Shown here: positions 60,830 through 64,000 of the stretch, one piece after another
Layout of the letters: each line of letters starts with the position of its first letter
Position numbering within the stretch: the first letter of the stretch is position 1
Assembly (NCBI GenBank): GCA_030390025.1
Contig: CM059432.1
Location: 1,922,001 to 1,986,000 of the forward strand
Direction: 5' to 3'
From: Squalus acanthias
Lineage: Eukaryota
DNA length: 64,000 nt
Notes under the pieces: model-generated
Database searches by the model: none
The model's input: the letters and a program-made list of their open reading frames with translations, nothing else
Told to the model about the DNA's origin: nothing
Translations under genes and position numbers: made by a program

Positions 60830-62978
60830 GAGACTAGGGTCCTGAAGTTAAATAAAGGAAACTACGATGGTATGAGGCACGAGTTGGCTAGGATGGATTG
60901 GGGAACGTTACTTAAAGGGTTGACGGTGGATAGGCAATGGCAAACATTTAAAGATCGCATGGATGAACTACAGAATTTGTTCATCCCTGTTTGGCATAAA
61001 AATAAAACAAAAAAGGTGACTCAACCGTGGCTAACGAGGGAAATTAGGGATAGCATAAGATCCAAGGAGAGGACATATAATTTGGCCAGAAAAAGCAGCA
61101 AACCTGAGGATTGGGAGCAGTTTAGGATTCAGCAAAGGAGGACAAAGGGATTAATTAAGAGGGGGAAAAGAGAGTATGAGAGTAAGCTTGCAGGGAACAT
61201 AAAAACTGACTGTAAAAGCTTCTATAGATATGTGAAGAGAAAAAGATTGGTCCCTTGCAGTCAGAATCAGGAGAATTTATATTGGGGAACAAAGAAATGG
61301 CAGACCAATTAAATACATACTTTGGTTCTGTCTTCACAAAGGAGGACACAAATAACCTCCCAGAGATGTCGGGGAACACAGGGTCTAATGAGAAGGAGGA
61401 ATTGAATGAAATCAGTATTTGTAGGGAAATGGTGTTAGGGAAATTGACGGGATTGAAGGCCGATAAATCCCCAGGGCCTGATAATCTACATCCTAGGGTA
61501 CTTAAGGAAGTGGCCCTAGAAATAGTAGATGCATTGCTGGTCATCTTCCAAAATTCTATAGACTCTGAAACAGTTTCCATGGATTGGAGGATAGCTAATG
61601 TAACCCCACTATTTAAAAAAGGTGGTAGAGAGAAAACGGGGAATTATAGACCGGTAAGTCTGACATCGGTAGTGGGGAAAATGCTGGAGTCCATTATAAA
61701 AGATGTAATAGCAGAGCATTTGGAAAACAGTGACAGGATCGGACAAAGTCAACATGGATTTACAAAAGGTAAATCATGCTTGACTAATCTACTGGAATTT
61801 TTTGAGGATGTAACTGGTAGAATAGATAAGGGAGAACCAGTGGATGTGGTGTATTTGGACTTTCAGAAGGCTTTCGATAAGGTCCCGATAATATCTCCAA
61901 GTTTGCAGACAACACAAAGCTTGGTGGGCATGTGTGCTGTGAGGAGGATGCAGAGAAACTCCAGTATGATTTGGACAGGTTGGGTGATTGGGCAGATGCA
62001 TGGCAAATGCAGTATAATGTGGATAAATGCGAGGTTATCCACTTCGGTGGCAAAAACAGGAAGACAGATTATTATATGAACGGCAATAGATTGGGAAAAG
62101 GGGAAGTGCAACGAGACCTGGGTGTCCTTGTGCACCAGTCGTTGAACATAAGCATGCAGGTGCAGCAGGCGGTTAAGAAGGCAAATGGTATGTTGGCCTT
62201 CATAGCGAGAGGATAAAGCTAAAGGTATCAAGGGATATGGGGAGAAGGCAGGTACAGGGTACTGAGTTTGGATGATCAGCCATGATCTCATCGAATGGCA
62301 GAGCAGGCTCGAGGGGCCGAATGGCCTACTCCTGCTCCTATCTTCTATGTTTCTATGATTCGAGTACAGGAGCAAGGATGTCTTGCTGCAGTTGTACAGG
62401 GCCTTGGTGAGACCATGCCTTGAGTATTGTGTGCAGTTTTGGTCGCCTTATCTGAGGAAGGATGTTCTTGCCATGGAGGGAGTGCAGCGAAGATTCACCA
62501 GACTGATACGTGGGATGGCAGGAATGACGTATGAAGAGAGATTGGGTCGATTAGGCTTATATTCGCTAGAGTTTAGAAGAATGAGAGGGGATCTCATTGA
62601 AACTTATAAAATTCTAACAGGACTAGACAGACTAGATGCAGGAAGGATGTTCCCGATGGCGGGGGAGTCCAGAACCAGGGTTCACAGTCTAAGGATAAGG
62701 GGTAAGCCATTTGGGACTGAGATGAGGAGGAATTTCTTCACCCAGAGAGTGGTGAACCTGTGGAATTCTCTGCCACAGAAGGCAGTTGAGGCCAATTTAT
62801 TAAATATATTCAAGAAGGAGTTAGATATATTTCTTAAGGCTAAAGGGATCGAGGGATTTGGGGAGAAAGCAGGGACAGGGTACTGAATTTGGATGATCAG
62901 CCATGATCTCATTGAATGGCGGAGCAGGCTCGAGGGGCCGAATGGCCTACTCCTGCTCCTATCTTCTATGTTTCTATG
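60830..62978 (+). mobile_element. Long CR1 ORF2 remnant with an internal RT deletion (~61886) and a nested CR1 tail (62215-62358)
   Basis: ORFs 60872-61312, 61255-62079, 61932-62216 and 62383-62886; AFDKVP joined directly to the sequence before KFAD. Confidence 0.92.
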
Positions 62979-63019
62979 TTTACCTGGACAGTCACCTGCG
63001 CTGAAAACACCGGCATGGA

Positions 63020-63425
63020 CCTCGATTTTAAAATTCTCAGCCTTGTTTTCAAATCCCTCCACGGCCTCACCCCCCTCTCCATCTCTGTAACCTCCTCCAG
63101 CCCCACAACCCCCTGAGATCTCTGCGCTCCTCCAATTCCGGCCTCTTGCCCATCCCCGATTTTAATCGCTCCATCATCGGTGGCCGTGCCTTCAGCTGCC
63201 TGGGCCCTAAGCTCTGGAATTCCCTCCCTAAACCTCTCCGCCTCTCTCTCCTCCTTTAAGATGCTCCTTAAAACCGACCTCTTTGACCAAGCTTTTGGTC
63301 ACCTGTCCTAATATCTCCTTATGTGGCTCGGTGTCGAATTCTATTTGATAATCGCTCCTGTGAAACGCCTTGGGACGTTTTACTACATTAAAGGTGCTAT
63401 ATAAATACAAGTTGTTGATGTTGTT
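63020..63425 (+). mobile_element. L2 LINE 3' end
   Basis: LDFKILSLVFKSLHGL; L2 tail. Confidence 0.88.
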
Positions 63426-63641
63426 GGGCCGAATGACCTGTACCTGTAAATTCTAATGCAGGTACTACACTGCACAGAAAAAGCTACAGTACCATTGAGG
63501 ATATGTCATGGCAGTGTAACTAAGATTTTAAGCAGGCCGATTTCAGCAGGAATATAGCACGTTTCTTATTGTAAACTGTAGGAGTTCTTTGGGTGCAGTA
63601 TCCTGGCCCTTGTAGAATGGCAGTGGGAGTGGGCACAAAAT

Positions 63642-64000
63642 CCCATCCACCACCTTAAACATTCACTCCCTCCACCATCGGCGCACCGTGGCTGCAGTGT
63701 GTACCATCTACAAGATGCACTGCAGCAACTCGCCAAGGCTTCTTCAGCAGCACCTCCCAAACCCGCGACCTCTACCACCTAGAAGGACAAGGGCAGCAGG
63801 CACACGGGAACACCACCGCCTCCAAGTTCCCCTCCAAGTCACACACCGTCCTGACTTGGAAATATATCGGCCGTTCCTTCATCGTCGCTGGGTCAAAATC
63901 CTGGAACTCCCTCCCTAACAGCACTGTGGGAGCACCTTCACCACACGGACTGCAGCGGTTCAAGAAGGCGGCTCACCACCACCTTCTCAAGGGCAATTAG
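63642..64000 (+). mobile_element. LINE-X 3' fragment, runs off the window
   Basis: AAVCTIYKMHCSNSPRLLQQHLPNPRPLPPRRTR. Confidence 0.8.

Overview
Vertebrate nuclear DNA, almost certainly from a cartilaginous fish (shark). The evidence is tRNA-headed Deu-domain SINEs (SacSINE1-like), one V-domain HE1-like SINE and abundant CR1 LINEs. I found no convincing host protein-coding exon. Well over half the window is repeats, often nested 2-3 levels deep: several CR1 subfamilies, L2 3' ends, a second non-LTR family, one decayed Penelope-like element (RT + GIY-YIG), four ~720-860 bp TIR elements with 3-bp TSDs, a small hAT-like MITE, three minisatellite families (23, 29 and 33 bp) and long G-rich, GA and CA tracts. 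AT-rich unique islands between them look like regulatory or conserved non-coding DNA. The most notable signal is a set of minimal type I hammerhead-ribozyme motifs (CUGANGA-A-stem II-GAAA-NN-UU). One lies in the Penelope terminal repeat. Four more lie in three small ORF-less insertions, two of which are near-identical fold-back cassettes with perfect 56-bp and 84-bp inverted arms. All long ORFs in the track are retroelement fragments or repeat artefacts. Boundaries were read by eye and are approximate unless a TSD or TIR is quoted.
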